IMG/VR virus record: IMGVR_UViG_3300042868_009121
Coordinates: 32,001-96,000 of that record
DNA from: a virus
Length of the DNA: 64,000 nucleotides
Direction: 5' to 3' (one strand)
The position numbers were made by a program, and so were the translations under genes. Numbering within the stretch: the first letter of the stretch is position 1; each line of letters begins with the position of its first letter. The notes under the pieces were generated by a model. The model worked only from the letters and a program-made list of their open reading frames with translations, was not told the DNA's origin and did not search any database. This document shows positions 1-9,819 of this stretch, piece by piece.

Positions 1-120
1 TGCTGCACCTATTGTTTCATCTAGTTCTAAGTCTAAACTATATTTCTTTTTATTTTTATAGTCTTCTTCTGAATGTACAAAATCAGATACGTAGTGATCT
101 CCTATTTTAACTATTTTCAT
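1..120 (-). CDS. Partial gene (5' end only), possibly an NDP-sugar C-methyltransferase-like protein
   Basis: ATG at 120 overlaps the gmd stop. Translation MKIVKIGDHYVSDFVHSEEDYKNKKKYSLDLELDETIGAA resembles the N-terminus of sugar C-methyltransferases. Runs off the window. Confidence 0.4.
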   Translation of the reverse strand, partial: MKIVKIGDHYVSDFVHSEEDYKNKKKYSLDLELDETIGAA

Positions 121-1073
121 TGTAGTAATTTTAAATCGTTATTAACCATTAATTTAATCATATCTTCAAAACTTGTTTTAGGCTCCCAACCAAGTTTGTT
201 TTTTATTTTACTATAATCGCCTTTTAAATTATCAACTTCATTTGGTCTGATGAATTCAGGATTTATTTTTATATAATCTTTATAATTAGATATTCCAACA
301 GTATTAAAAGCTATTTCTAAAAGATATTTTAATGTATGAGACTTATTAGTTGCAATTATATAATCATCTGATATTTTATCTTGTAGCATCATCCACATAG
401 CCTCAATAAAATCTGGGGTATATCCCCAATCTCTGCTAACATTTATATTCCCTAATTCAATAAAATCTTTTTTACCTAATGAAATTTCAGCTACAGATTT
501 AGTTATTTTTCTTGTAACAAATTTAGGATCTCTTCTTTCTGATTCATGATTAAAACTAATTCCATTACATGCATATATTCCATAAGATTCTCTATAATTT
601 TTTATTATCCATTGAGCATATAATTTAGCACACCCGTAAGGAGACTTTGGATTTAATGTTGTATCTTCATTAGCAATAATATTTTTTAAATTTCCAAATA
701 TTTCACTACTAGATGCTTGATATAATTTTATATTAGGATTAATATTTTTTATTATTTCTAATATTTTTAATACTGCTACACCATTAACATCAGCAGTATA
801 TTCTGGGAAGGTCCAACTATTTGGAGCAAACGATACTCCTCCAAAATTATAAATTTCATCAGGATTACTTAATTCTATTGCATTAGCTATTGATTTTTTA
901 TCACTTAAGTCCGCTTGCAGTAAATGAATTTTATGTTTACAAGCTTCTATATTAGAATGTTTAACATCTATATTTCTAGAGGTTCCATATACTTCATATC
1001 CTTTATTTAAAAGGAAGTCTGCCATATGACTACCAACCATACCATGAATTCCAGTAATTAAAGCTTTTTTCAT
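117..1073 (-). CDS. gmd: GDP-mannose 4,6-dehydratase (paralog 2)
   Basis: KKALITGIHGMVGSH Rossmann motif, YQASSSEIFG, SPYGCAKLY, NHESERR, RDWG. Likely start is MKKALITG at 1073 rather than 1133. Confidence 0.88.
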   Translation of the reverse strand: MKKALITGIHGMVGSHMADFLLNKGYEVYGTSRNIDVKHSNIEACKHKIHLLQADLSDKKSIANAIELSNPDEIYNFGGVSFAPNSWTFPEYTADVNGVAVLKILEIIKNINPNIKLYQASSSEIFGNLKNIIANEDTTLNPKSPYGCAKLYAQWIIKNYRESYGIYACNGISFNHESERRDPKFVTRKITKSVAEISLGKKDFIELGNINVSRDWGYTPDFIEAMWMMLQDKISDDYIIATNKSHTLKYLLEIAFNTVGISNYKDYIKINPEFIRPNEVDNLKGDYSKIKNKLGWEPKTSFEDMIKLMVNNDLKLLQ

Positions 1074-1104
1074 TTTATAAAATTTAAATAATTTTTTAGT
1101 ATGA

Positions 1105-2085
1105 TTATTTAAATTCTTTTTGCCAATACTCAATCATTTCATCTAACATAGATTCAAAAGTATATTCAGGTTTCCAATCTGTATCTTTTTTTAATTTAGT
1201 TGGATCTCCTTTAAGATCATTTAATTCTTCTGGTCTAAAAAATTTTTGATCTTGTTTAATATAGTTTTCCCAGTTCATGTCTAATCTACTAAAAACATAT
1301 TCTACAAGTTCACGAACAGTGTGAGATATTCCTGTTGCACATACATAATCTCCAGGCTTATCTAATTGAAGAATTAACCACATTGCTTTTACATAATCTT
1401 TTGCATGTCCCCAATCTCTTGATGCATCTAAATTACCTAAAACTAATTCATTAGATAATCCTAATTTTATTTTAACAGCTTCTTTTACTACTTTATTTGT
1501 AACAAAATTGGTACCTCTTCTTGGAGATTCATGATTAAATAAAATTCCATTTGATACAAATAAATTATAAGAATTTCTATAATTTCTAGTTATGTTATAT
1601 CCAAATAATTTAGAACATCCATAAGGAGACACTGGATTCATCGGAGTATCTTCTCTTTGAAAACCATCTTGATCAATACAATTTCCAAACATTTCTGATG
1701 AAGATGCTTGGTACACTTTAGCAAGTGGTGAAACTTCTTTCACAACTTCCATTAAATTTAATACACCCATGCCAGTAGCATTAACTGTATAAATAGGTTG
1801 ATCAAATGATATTCTTACATGAGATTGCGCAGCTAAATTATAGATTTCATCTGGGTTTATTTTATTGACTACTCTGTAAAGAGACGATATATCAGTCATG
1901 TCTGCATATTCTAAATTACTTTTTATTTTAGAATAAATCGTATTAAGTCTTGATGTTTGATTTTCAGAAACAGAATTACGTTTTAATATTCCATATACAT
2001 CATATCCTTTTTCCAAAAGAAATTCTGTTAAATATGCACCGTCTTGTCCATTAATCCCAGTAATTAAGGCTTTTTTATTACTCAT
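1105..2085 (-). CDS. gmd: GDP-mannose 4,6-dehydratase
   Basis: ALITGINGQDGAYL, NLAAQSHV, YQASSSEMFG, SPYGCSK, FNHESPRRG, RDWGHAKDYV. Confidence 0.95.
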   Translation of the reverse strand: MSNKKALITGINGQDGAYLTEFLLEKGYDVYGILKRNSVSENQTSRLNTIYSKIKSNLEYADMTDISSLYRVVNKINPDEIYNLAAQSHVRISFDQPIYTVNATGMGVLNLMEVVKEVSPLAKVYQASSSEMFGNCIDQDGFQREDTPMNPVSPYGCSKLFGYNITRNYRNSYNLFVSNGILFNHESPRRGTNFVTNKVVKEAVKIKLGLSNELVLGNLDASRDWGHAKDYVKAMWLILQLDKPGDYVCATGISHTVRELVEYVFSRLDMNWENYIKQDQKFFRPEELNDLKGDPTKLKKDTDWKPEYTFESMLDEMIEYWQKEFK

Positions 2086-3443
2086 AATTGATTAATAAAT
2101 TTATTAAGAATAGTTTCTATATAGTCTATCTTTTCTTTATTAATTACAGGCGATGTTCCTAAAAAGAATGTATCTGTTGTAACTTTTCTTGCTACAGGAA
2201 ATTTCTCTATTACATCTTTAGGATCCATAAGTCCTTCATATGCTGGTTGTAACATTATATTACCTGCAAAGTAAGGTCTTGTTTGTATTTTATTTGCTTC
2301 AAAGAACTGACAAATATCTGATCTTTTAAATGGAGCATCATCCTTTAAAGTTACTGGGAACGCAAACCAATCTACATCTGCACCAGACTGCGCTTCATGT
2401 AAATGGAAGTACTGCTCATGCTTTTTAAATGCACTAAATAGATTCTTATAGTTTTCTCTTCTTTTTTGTCCAATCTCTTCTAGCTTCTCCATTTGCACCA
2501 ATCCCATTGATGCCTGAAGCTCGATAGGTTTTAAATTATATCCAATTTCTTCATACACATATTTGTGATCAAACAAATCATTTGGTAATGCTGGTAGCCA
2601 ATTATTGAATCTGCAACCGCAAGATCCTTTCTCTAATAAATTTTGTTTACCTATACAATAACAACCACGACCCCATTCTCTAAAACTACGAATGATTCTT
2701 TCAGTTTGTTCATCTTTACATGCAACGAATCCACCTTCTGCCATAGTCATATGATGTGCTGGATAGAATGAGCAACTTGCTAATTCACCAAACGATCCTA
2801 AAGGTTTTCCTTCATAAAAAGATCCTAATGCATCACAACAGTCTTCTAATAAAATTAATTCATACTTTTCAATAATCTTCATTAACTTATTCATATTAGG
2901 AGGGTTTCCTAATACGTGAGCAAATGTAATAATTTTTGCATCAGGATTATTTATACAAGCTTGTTCTACTTGATCAAGATCTAGATTAAGAGTTTCAAGT
3001 TCAATATCAACAAAGATAGGTGTAAATCCCACTTGTAATATAGGATTGATAGTAGTAGGAAAACCTGCGATAGGTGTAATTACTTTTGTGCCTTTAGGTA
3101 AGTTACGACCTCTTTTAGATGTCATAGCTAGCATCATTAATAGGTTTGCACTAGATCCTGAATTGGCTAGTAGTCCATAGTCTTTACCAAATTTTTTAGG
3201 AAATTTAGTTTCAAATTTATTTGCCTCAGCTCCTAATACCAACCATTCAGTAAGTAAACTTTTAACTGCTGCTACATATTCATCAGATGAGAAATATGGT
3301 CCTGCATATTGAACCCAATCTTTTCCTGCTTCCCAACTTTTTTTATAATGTTTTTCTTCTATATATCTTTGTACTAATCTAAGAATTTCTTTTTCTGTAA
3401 ATTGATATCCTTCTAAATCTTGATACGTTTCTGATTTTGTCAT
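2082..3443 (-). CDS. rfbH: RfbH/DdhC-like (E1) PMP-dependent NDP-4-keto-6-deoxyhexose 3-dehydrase, DegT/DnrJ family
   Basis: NSGSSANLL, EDCCDALGS, SFYPAHHMT (His in place of the Schiff-base Lys), WGRGCYC...CGC Fe-S-type cysteines, DHKYVY, GYNLKP. Confidence 0.88.
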   Translation of the reverse strand: MTKSETYQDLEGYQFTEKEILRLVQRYIEEKHYKKSWEAGKDWVQYAGPYFSSDEYVAAVKSLLTEWLVLGAEANKFETKFPKKFGKDYGLLANSGSSANLLMMLAMTSKRGRNLPKGTKVITPIAGFPTTINPILQVGFTPIFVDIELETLNLDLDQVEQACINNPDAKIITFAHVLGNPPNMNKLMKIIEKYELILLEDCCDALGSFYEGKPLGSFGELASCSFYPAHHMTMAEGGFVACKDEQTERIIRSFREWGRGCYCIGKQNLLEKGSCGCRFNNWLPALPNDLFDHKYVYEEIGYNLKPIELQASMGLVQMEKLEEIGQKRRENYKNLFSAFKKHEQYFHLHEAQSGADVDWFAFPVTLKDDAPFKRSDICQFFEANKIQTRPYFAGNIMLQPAYEGLMDPKDVIEKFPVARKVTTDTFFLGTSPVINKEKIDYIETILNKFINQL

Positions 3444-3445
3444 AA

Positions 3446-4045
3446 CTAGATTGTATTATAAAACTGATTTTGTTTTTCTTGTCGTACTATATCTTTAGGA
3501 TGAAATAAGCAGTAACCTTCTTCTTGAGGCAGTAGCGAATACTCTTCAAAACCACTTAGTCTCTCATGTACTTTATTTATCCATTTAATCTTACTATTGT
3601 TTTTCCATATCCTCCATTGATAATCAGGAAAGTTGACCCATCCTTTTTCATCAATTCTCCATCCCCATTTTTGAATATGTTGTTCAGTTAAGTCTGATAC
3701 AGTATTTATTCTAGGTACTAAAAGTACATCAATTGTTTGATTGTATTCTAATATATCTGCCAAGTTGCTAATTAAATACTGATGTGGATATTCATCTGCA
3801 TCTATTTGAAAGATGTAATCTTTAGTGCAATGTTTACTCAAGTTATTTTTAAATGAGGCAAAGTCTTTATTAAGAGGGAATTCTATATAGTCTTTAGCAA
3901 CCTCTCTAACTTCCTTAGTCGCATTAGAGTCTAATTGGACCACGATTTCATCCTCTTGACGTATATTATTACGTAAAACTTCTAATAGAAATGATAGTTC
4001 CCTGTGCTCGTTACAGGCGGTTATAGCATAACTAATTGATGGCAT
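3446..4045 (-). CDS. Glycosyltransferase family 2
   Basis: ISYAITACNE start, FQIDADE DxD motif, VHE. Confidence 0.85.
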   Translation of the reverse strand: MPSISYAITACNEHRELSFLLEVLRNNIRQEDEIVVQLDSNATKEVREVAKDYIEFPLNKDFASFKNNLSKHCTKDYIFQIDADEYPHQYLISNLADILEYNQTIDVLLVPRINTVSDLTEQHIQKWGWRIDEKGWVNFPDYQWRIWKNNSKIKWINKVHERLSGFEEYSLLPQEEGYCLFHPKDIVRQEKQNQFYNTI

Positions 4046-4050
4046 AACAT

Positions 4051-4497
4051 TTATTTTATATCAAAGAAGCCAATATATTCACAAGCTTCAAAATAATCTT
4101 TACCAAAACTTTTTAGTGTCTTAGAATCTGATTTGTACTTTTTTCCTTTAAATTTAGGAAGTTCTTTTTCTTCTTTAGTAAGCTTTACACTTTTAATAGA
4201 ACTCCACTCCCATTCTTCTTTTGAAGTACCATTGGCAAATACAGTTCCTTTACCTTCTATATTAATTACATTAGGATACCAAACTCTCCCATCTTCATCA
4301 GTTTGTTTTATATCTCTATAAAGCTCAGGAAGTTCATTTTCATATTCTTCAAAGTTAAATTCACCTTCACACATTAAATCATTTGTTTGAAAACCACAAG
4401 ATAGACAAACATAAGCTTTGTGAAATTCATTTACAGGCTGAGTGTAACAGGACTCGGGCGCTTTACACTTTGGGCATGTTATTAAATTATCAGTCAT
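4051..4497 (-). CDS. Hypothetical protein with N-terminal Zn-finger (CPKC...CLSCG)
   Basis: ORF with two CxxC pairs. Confidence 0.7.
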   Translation of the reverse strand: MTDNLITCPKCKAPESCYTQPVNEFHKAYVCLSCGFQTNDLMCEGEFNFEEYENELPELYRDIKQTDEDGRVWYPNVINIEGKGTVFANGTSKEEWEWSSIKSVKLTKEEKELPKFKGKKYKSDSKTLKSFGKDYFEACEYIGFFDIK

Positions 4498-4732
4498 TGA
4501 GTTGTTGTTTTGTTGTATATGTTATATTTGTTCCTGATGGTAATGAAGTGACGTCTGTTCTCCCAGATGCATTTAGAAAACCAGTCCCACCTACTCCTAT
4601 AGAAAAGCTTTTGTTATCAGATACTTTTTCTAGAACTTCTTTTATTCTATCCCATTGTTTAGGTGTAGGAGCAAAGTCATTACAAGCTTCTACAAATCCT
4701 TTTAACCATATTGTAAATTCACTTGATGTCAT
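4490..4732 (-). CDS. Hypothetical protein
   Basis: Coupled ORF with a common phage MTSSEFTIWLKGF-type N-terminus. Confidence 0.65.
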   Translation of the reverse strand: MTSSEFTIWLKGFVEACNDFAPTPKQWDRIKEVLEKVSDNKSFSIGVGGTGFLNASGRTDVTSLPSGTNITYTTKQQLND

Positions 4733-6036
4733 TAGTCTACTTTTTTAAGTTTAGGAAGTTCAATCTTCTTTAATTGAGGAAGTTGTAGTCCTACTTGTTT
4801 TGGTATTCTATCTAAATAGCTAGCAAGTAAGTTTTTCATTTCATCAAATGAGAATTTAGTTTTAGATATATGAGACTGTCGTTTAGCAAATTCTTCATAT
4901 TTAGAATATTTTTCATAAACATTTTTTAGGTAAGCACTTGCCTCATTAATATCTGGACTAAACCACATAGACTCTGCCAATATCATATTTTGTACTTGGG
5001 CAGATGGATGAACATTTTTTAATTCTCCGCCAATTAAACAACAGAATTCACGATCAAGAAAATCTATATGTCCAGACCAAGCAGATACTATAATTGGTTT
5101 TTTACTAAGTGTAAACTCTAATAAAGGTCTACCAAATCCTTCACCTTTAGTTAGATTAAACATTGCTTTAACTTTAGGATGGTTGTAAAGATTGTTAATA
5201 TCTTTATCATCTAATTCACCATGAAGTAAATATACACTAGGTAAATCTCCATCAACTGTATTTTTAATAGCATCTATCTTTTTAAGCATTTCATCACGGT
5301 CCATTATACTAGATCCTGCACCAGATGTTTTCATTATTAATGCAGGTTTATTTTTTTTACCTTTAAATGTTTCTAGAAATGTTTTTAGCATTAAGCTAGT
5401 ATTTTTTCTATCTTCACCAATTTCTCCTTGAAGCCAATGTCCTACATATAGAAAACAAAACTCTTCTTTGATTTCGTCTAATTCAAGCACTACGTCTGTT
5501 TCTTCAAGATCTTCATCTTCAATATGAAAGTATTTATTTAAATCTACTCCTTCAAATAAAACTTCAACTGGCTTTTCAAGTTTCACTACTCCAAGAACTT
5601 GATTTTGTTGATCTCTTTTTTCAAATGTAGATTGTTGAAATACTTTTTTAGAGTGTTCTGAAGATACTAAAGTTATGTTCATTCTATTAACTCCTTCAAT
5701 CCAACTAGGATCACAAATTGTTGTTTCAATACCTGCGGTTAAACCTATATTATACTTTCCTATAGATTGAAATTCGTTTGGTACAGTGATTTGAATCCAA
5801 ATATCTGGTTGTCTTGGTAATTGAGGAACTTGTAGAATTAAAGGTTCTAACCAACTATATTCTTGTTTATTGTCTTTAATATATCCCCAAGGAGTAACTC
5901 CCCAACGTTGAGATATGATTTTAATATCATACTCTTCTTTTTTTAATTCATATAGAGCTTTAACAAAGTCTCTAGATCTAGCACCATAACCTGAATACGT
6001 GTCAATAGGACAACTAATTACGCACAACTGTTTCAT
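4732..6036 (-). CDS. Glycosyltransferase, GT-B fold (GT4-like)
   Basis: SGYGARSRD N-terminus, KGEGFGRPLLE (E-x7-E) motif, WSGHIDFL. Confidence 0.85.
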   Translation of the reverse strand: MKQLCVISCPIDTYSGYGARSRDFVKALYELKKEEYDIKIISQRWGVTPWGYIKDNKQEYSWLEPLILQVPQLPRQPDIWIQITVPNEFQSIGKYNIGLTAGIETTICDPSWIEGVNRMNITLVSSEHSKKVFQQSTFEKRDQQNQVLGVVKLEKPVEVLFEGVDLNKYFHIEDEDLEETDVVLELDEIKEEFCFLYVGHWLQGEIGEDRKNTSLMLKTFLETFKGKKNKPALIMKTSGAGSSIMDRDEMLKKIDAIKNTVDGDLPSVYLLHGELDDKDINNLYNHPKVKAMFNLTKGEGFGRPLLEFTLSKKPIIVSAWSGHIDFLDREFCCLIGGELKNVHPSAQVQNMILAESMWFSPDINEASAYLKNVYEKYSKYEEFAKRQSHISKTKFSFDEMKNLLASYLDRIPKQVGLQLPQLKKIELPKLKKVD

Positions 6037-6037
6037 A

Positions 6038-7480
6038 TTAATAAACTAAAGGGTGTACAATTTTTTTTCTTTCTAATTTTTCTGTCTTAATTAAATCAAA
6101 CTGTTTTTTAGGTTTGAATGTATCAATAGTTTCATTTATAGTAGATATAACATTATCACACATATGAGCTGCGCTCATCATAGATTCATTAGATAATACC
6201 CACTCTCTAGCTGACATACCTTTTCTACTTCTTTCATCAGGAGATAAATTATAACAATCTTCAATTGCTTTAGCAACATCTCTAAAATCACATCTATCAT
6301 CATAAATGTAAGGAGTAGGTATAGATCCTACAATACTAATATTAGTAGGAAATACTGGTAACGCCCATTCTCCATGGTTTTTATATTTGCCAAAATGATT
6401 TGAACAGAATTTATCATTGAAGTCAATCCACTTACCATCTTCATCTTCAAATCTCATTTGATCTTGCATTCCTCCTGTAACATTAGCTATAATCATTCTA
6501 CCTGCCATCATAGATTCTGTTAAAGATAATCCCCAACCTTCATTAGATGAAATTAAAGCAGTCACATCAGACATGTTATAAAGCAAGTTTATTTCTTCTG
6601 CATTAAGTCTTGCATCTGAGAAATATACTTTTTGATATTCTGGATTACATATTAAATCTACTACTGCATTTAAGTCAGTTCCATTTTCATCTGCTCTTTG
6701 AGTATGCATTAATAGGGCACATTTGCTAGCCTTTTCTTTTCCTATCTTATCACAGAACATTGCATACGCGGCAATTAAATCAGAAGTACATTTTCTTCTA
6801 ATATTTCTGGCATTATAGAATACTACGAACTCAGGTTTAAAATCACCGAATATTTCTTTTTTCTTTTTTTCTAAAGCCTCATTCTGATTTTGCATAAATT
6901 CAGTAATAGGATAGAATATCTTTTCATTAATTCCATGAGGAACGTATTTAAGAATTTTTCCTTTTACTTTATCTCCTAATACCATTCTATTAATATTAAG
7001 AGTTTGCTTTGATATAGCCATTAAAGTATCACAAGAGTCATAAAATGATTCATTGTATAATGGAGCAGGAAGATCATCCCAAATATTTAAATACACCATA
7101 GGTATTTTTTTCCTAATCTCATTTTCCATTTGAAATAACCAAACCCAATATCTAGGATCTGTAAAAAAGAAAATAGCATCCGGCTTTTCTATTTCAATTA
7201 ATTGTCTAATTAATTCAGGACTTCCATACCCATTAGTAGGATAAATAAAAACAGAAGAATCATTTATGCCCATGATTCTATTTGTATCAGTAGATATGTC
7301 TAACTTTTTTCCTTGATCAGGATGATTAATTGCTCCACCTACATTTACCCAATTAAATACATGAGAACTTCCTACAACTATTTCTCTAGCCATTGTAGAG
7401 ATTCCGCTTGTCATTCTAATATCATCACATAGAAAAAGAATTTTTTTTCTTTGTGCTTGAGGAATATAACCATTTATCAT
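6038..7480 (-). CDS. Glycosyltransferase, GT-B fold (GT4-like)
   Basis: VPHGIN, NARNIRRK, SSNEGWGLSLTESM, NVTGGMQDQ. Confidence 0.87.
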   Translation of the reverse strand: MINGYIPQAQRKKILFLCDDIRMTSGISTMAREIVVGSSHVFNWVNVGGAINHPDQGKKLDISTDTNRIMGINDSSVFIYPTNGYGSPELIRQLIEIEKPDAIFFFTDPRYWVWLFQMENEIRKKIPMVYLNIWDDLPAPLYNESFYDSCDTLMAISKQTLNINRMVLGDKVKGKILKYVPHGINEKIFYPITEFMQNQNEALEKKKKEIFGDFKPEFVVFYNARNIRRKCTSDLIAAYAMFCDKIGKEKASKCALLMHTQRADENGTDLNAVVDLICNPEYQKVYFSDARLNAEEINLLYNMSDVTALISSNEGWGLSLTESMMAGRMIIANVTGGMQDQMRFEDEDGKWIDFNDKFCSNHFGKYKNHGEWALPVFPTNISIVGSIPTPYIYDDRCDFRDVAKAIEDCYNLSPDERSRKGMSAREWVLSNESMMSAAHMCDNVISTINETIDTFKPKKQFDLIKTEKLERKKIVHPLVY

Positions 7481-7487
7481 ATATAAC

Positions 7488-7706
7488 TTATTTTATTGCT
7501 TCAATTAAACTAGATCCTGTATAGTGTGTATTATATTGTTCATGAATACTTTGTCTAAATCCAGAGTCTGTAAGATACATAAACATAGCTCTTTCAACTA
7601 TATCTTGTAAATTTATTTTAGTCTTAACAGATGTTACTTTAAAGTCTTCATATAGAGTCTCCGGTATTTTTACCGATGTTATAACTCTTTTTGATTTATT
7701 TACCAT
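7488..7706 (-). CDS. Small DNA-binding protein, ribbon-helix-helix-like
   Basis: ITSVKIPETLYEDFK...LQDIVERAM pattern. Confidence 0.55.
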   Translation of the reverse strand: MVNKSKRVITSVKIPETLYEDFKVTSVKTKINLQDIVERAMFMYLTDSGFRQSIHEQYNTHYTGSSLIEAIK

Positions 7707-7766
7707 ATTTTCTTTTATAATAAATATACAAGAATATACAAATAAATATGTAAATAAAAAAATATT

Positions 7767-8672
7767 TTATGTAGTTTTATTGCACAAGTCAGGTTTATTT
7801 GTATACGGACAAAACTTACAACTATTAGTATTCTTTGCGTATGATCTTTCCTTATTATGCTTGGCATTAGGATTGAAACACTCTCTTATGAATTTAGAGA
7901 AGTCTTCAAATGCATCTTGCACTTTTTTCTTTCCATTAGCTGGTATAAACTCTTGAACTCTGTATGTTGGATAGTCTGGATTAACAAACACTTTTCTCTT
8001 TACTATAAAGAATTTAACATCAATCTTTTCTTCTGGCACATTCATCGCTTTAGAATAAAACCTTTTATACAGAAGTATTTGATTAATTTTAGTCTGATCC
8101 TTTTTTTCATAATCAGACCATCCTTTAGTTGATGTCTTTATATCATAGATAGTATACTTATCTACAGCCTTTTCATATATTATAAAGTCTATAGATCCAT
8201 TCATAAGAACTCCAGGAATATCATCTATTACTGGGAGTAAGATAGGAATTTCTATGCCTACTAGATCGGATGTCTTTCTTGAAAAGTATTTAGATCTATT
8301 CTTTTTGAACCAATCTAATGTAGCTTGACCATCCGCTAAGAATTCTTTTAACTCATCTTTATTACTAAAATGTTCATTCTTATTGTCTACTAAACTTTGT
8401 TTATAATTCTCTATAAGTCTATCTTCAAGAATCTTATCTAGATCAAGTTCATCAGCAGCTTTACCAGACTTTTCATACATAAGTTTAAGATACTCTTGTA
8501 TAGTCTCGTGCATTGCAGTACCATATACTAAATAGATGGAAGGCTTAAATGAACTCTCTTTCTTTATATAAGTCAAATACCATTGATATTCACATTGCTT
8601 ATAAATAGAATATTGAGAATAGGATACAGGAGTTTGGGTAGCCCAATTGATGTTTAAATTAGGTTTGGGCAT
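7767..8672 (-). CDS. PD-(D/E)XK exonuclease, Cas4/RecB-like
   Basis: SYSQ...C, GTAMHE, GSIDF, YDIKTS, Q..LY, C-terminal CKFCPY...C. Confidence 0.85.
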   Translation of the reverse strand: MPKPNLNINWATQTPVSYSQYSIYKQCEYQWYLTYIKKESSFKPSIYLVYGTAMHETIQEYLKLMYEKSGKAADELDLDKILEDRLIENYKQSLVDNKNEHFSNKDELKEFLADGQATLDWFKKNRSKYFSRKTSDLVGIEIPILLPVIDDIPGVLMNGSIDFIIYEKAVDKYTIYDIKTSTKGWSDYEKKDQTKINQILLYKRFYSKAMNVPEEKIDVKFFIVKRKVFVNPDYPTYRVQEFIPANGKKKVQDAFEDFSKFIRECFNPNAKHNKERSYAKNTNSCKFCPYTNKPDLCNKTT

Positions 8673-8938
8673 TATTTCTTTTTACCTGTAATAATAGATT
8701 TAATTTTCTGTAGGTATAGAATAGCATCCATGTGCTCTTCAATTGCAGCTTCTATCCATTGTTCTAAAGACCAGTCTTCACGATCTAAGGTAACTCCATA
8801 TTTTTCTTTACCTACTCTAGAACGATCTATAAACTTATCTACTATTGAATCTACAATAGAATCAGTTTTAATTACTATTCTACTATTAGAATCATTATAC
8901 GTTGTTATTGTTCCGTATATATCTTTATTCTTGCTCAT
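8672..8938 (-). CDS. Small all-alpha protein, possibly a MazG-like nucleotide pyrophosphohydrolase
   Basis: GKEKYGVTLDR...EEHMDAILYL motif, common in phage nucleotide-metabolism regions. Confidence 0.5.
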   Translation of the reverse strand: MSKNKDIYGTITTYNDSNSRIVIKTDSIVDSIVDKFIDRSRVGKEKYGVTLDREDWSLEQWIEAAIEEHMDAILYLQKIKSIITGKKK

Positions 8939-9158
8939 TAGCTAATTCTTTAGGATAAAAATCTTTATTAACGTGTCCACATTTTGTACATACAAATGTT
9001 GCAATAGGAATGACTCCGTCTTGCATTTCACCTGTTAAAAACTTACTAACCTTACGAAGCATAAGAGCTTCTTGAAATGTTGTATTAGAACATTCTTCGC
9101 ATACTATTGATGTGGTCTTTTTTAAGTCTATGTTGACTTTCATTCTTTGATCCTGCAT
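8925..9158 (-). CDS. Zn-ribbon hypothetical protein
   Basis: CEEC...CTKCGH. Confidence 0.7.
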   Translation of the reverse strand: MQDQRMKVNIDLKKTTSIVCEECSNTTFQEALMLRKVSKFLTGEMQDGVIPIATFVCTKCGHVNKDFYPKELANEQE

Positions 9159-9159
9159 A

Positions 9160-9294
9160 TTATTTGTTTTTAAATAAATCTTTAAGTTTTTTTGCTGGTA
9201 CTATTGTATTGTAATTATCATCTATTAATGGGGCTCTCCATACTTCATAAGCAATCCATAATATAGCTACTACTACAAATAATGCTAAAATCAT
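9160..9294 (-). CDS. Small membrane protein (44 aa; not in ORF track)
   Basis: MILALFVVVAILWIAYEVWRAP... fills the gap between neighbouring genes. Confidence 0.6.
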   Translation of the reverse strand: MILALFVVVAILWIAYEVWRAPLIDDNYNTIVPAKKLKDLFKNK

Positions 9295-9297
9295 AAT

Positions 9298-9549
9298 TTA
9301 TATTTTTTTAGAGCTCCAATAAATTTCTCTTACTTTACCTCCTAATTCTTGATCATTAGGTGTTGAATAAATTAATTCTTCACTAACTGTAATTAGTCTT
9401 CTACTACGTTCTTGGCTACACATATGAGGTTGATAACATCCTTGACCAGCACCTTCAACATATCCTATTCTAGTATCGATGTGATCATTAAATCTGTATG
9501 GTGTGTCTTTACCACACATTACGCATTTGTCGATTGGGTTGTTTTGCAT
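9298..9549 (-). CDS. Hypothetical protein
   Basis: Start moved to MQNNP (9549) because the longer ORF overlaps tRNA-Leu. Contains CVMCG...YVEGAGQ. Confidence 0.7.
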   Translation of the reverse strand: MQNNPIDKCVMCGKDTPYRFNDHIDTRIGYVEGAGQGCYQPHMCSQERSRRLITVSEELIYSTPNDQELGGKVREIYWSSKKI

Positions 9550-9563
9550 AACTATTATTTTAG

Positions 9564-9650
9564 TACCTGAAGTGGGACTTGAACCCACACGAGCTTTTTC
9601 TGCTCACAAGATTTTAAGTCTTGCGCGTATACCGATTTCGCCATCCAGGT
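9564..9650 (-). tRNA. tRNA-Leu(TAA)
   Basis: Acceptor ACCTGGA/TTCAGGT, anticodon arm CAAGA-CTTAAAA-TCTTG, long variable arm, GGTTCAAGTCC T-loop. CCA not encoded. Confidence 0.93.
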
Positions 9651-9658
9651 TTAAAGAG

Positions 9659-9815
9659 CTGTCAGGGGAGGAGTCGAACCTCCATGCTGCAATTCAGTAT
9701 TAGACAAAATAGCCGGCTTTGTGGTCAACCCATATCTAAATACCTATCTTGTTTTTCAGCGCCCACGAGACGAGTGGGTGTGTATGCCGCGTAGCTACTC
9801 TTTCACCACCTGACA
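9659..9815 (-). tRNA. Enlarged tRNA-like RNA (157 nt), GTC (Asp-like) triplet in the anticodon loop
   Basis: Perfect acceptor TGTCAGG/CCTGACA with G discriminator. T-arm GGAGG-TTCGACT-CCTCC. Anticodon arm CCCAC-TCGTCTC-GTGGG. Expanded D-loop and ~75-nt structured variable region. Confidence 0.75.
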
Positions 9816-9819
9816 ATGA

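Noticed and set aside
7767-8672. Cas4-like nuclease as evidence of a CRISPR-Cas system
   Set aside because: No repeat-spacer array or other cas genes were seen; stand-alone Cas4-like nucleases are common in phages.
9503-9703. ORF 9503-9703 (+) and the N-terminal extension of 9298-9588 (-)
   Set aside because: Both overlap tRNA-Leu or the tRNA-like RNA and are artefacts of GC-rich RNA genes.
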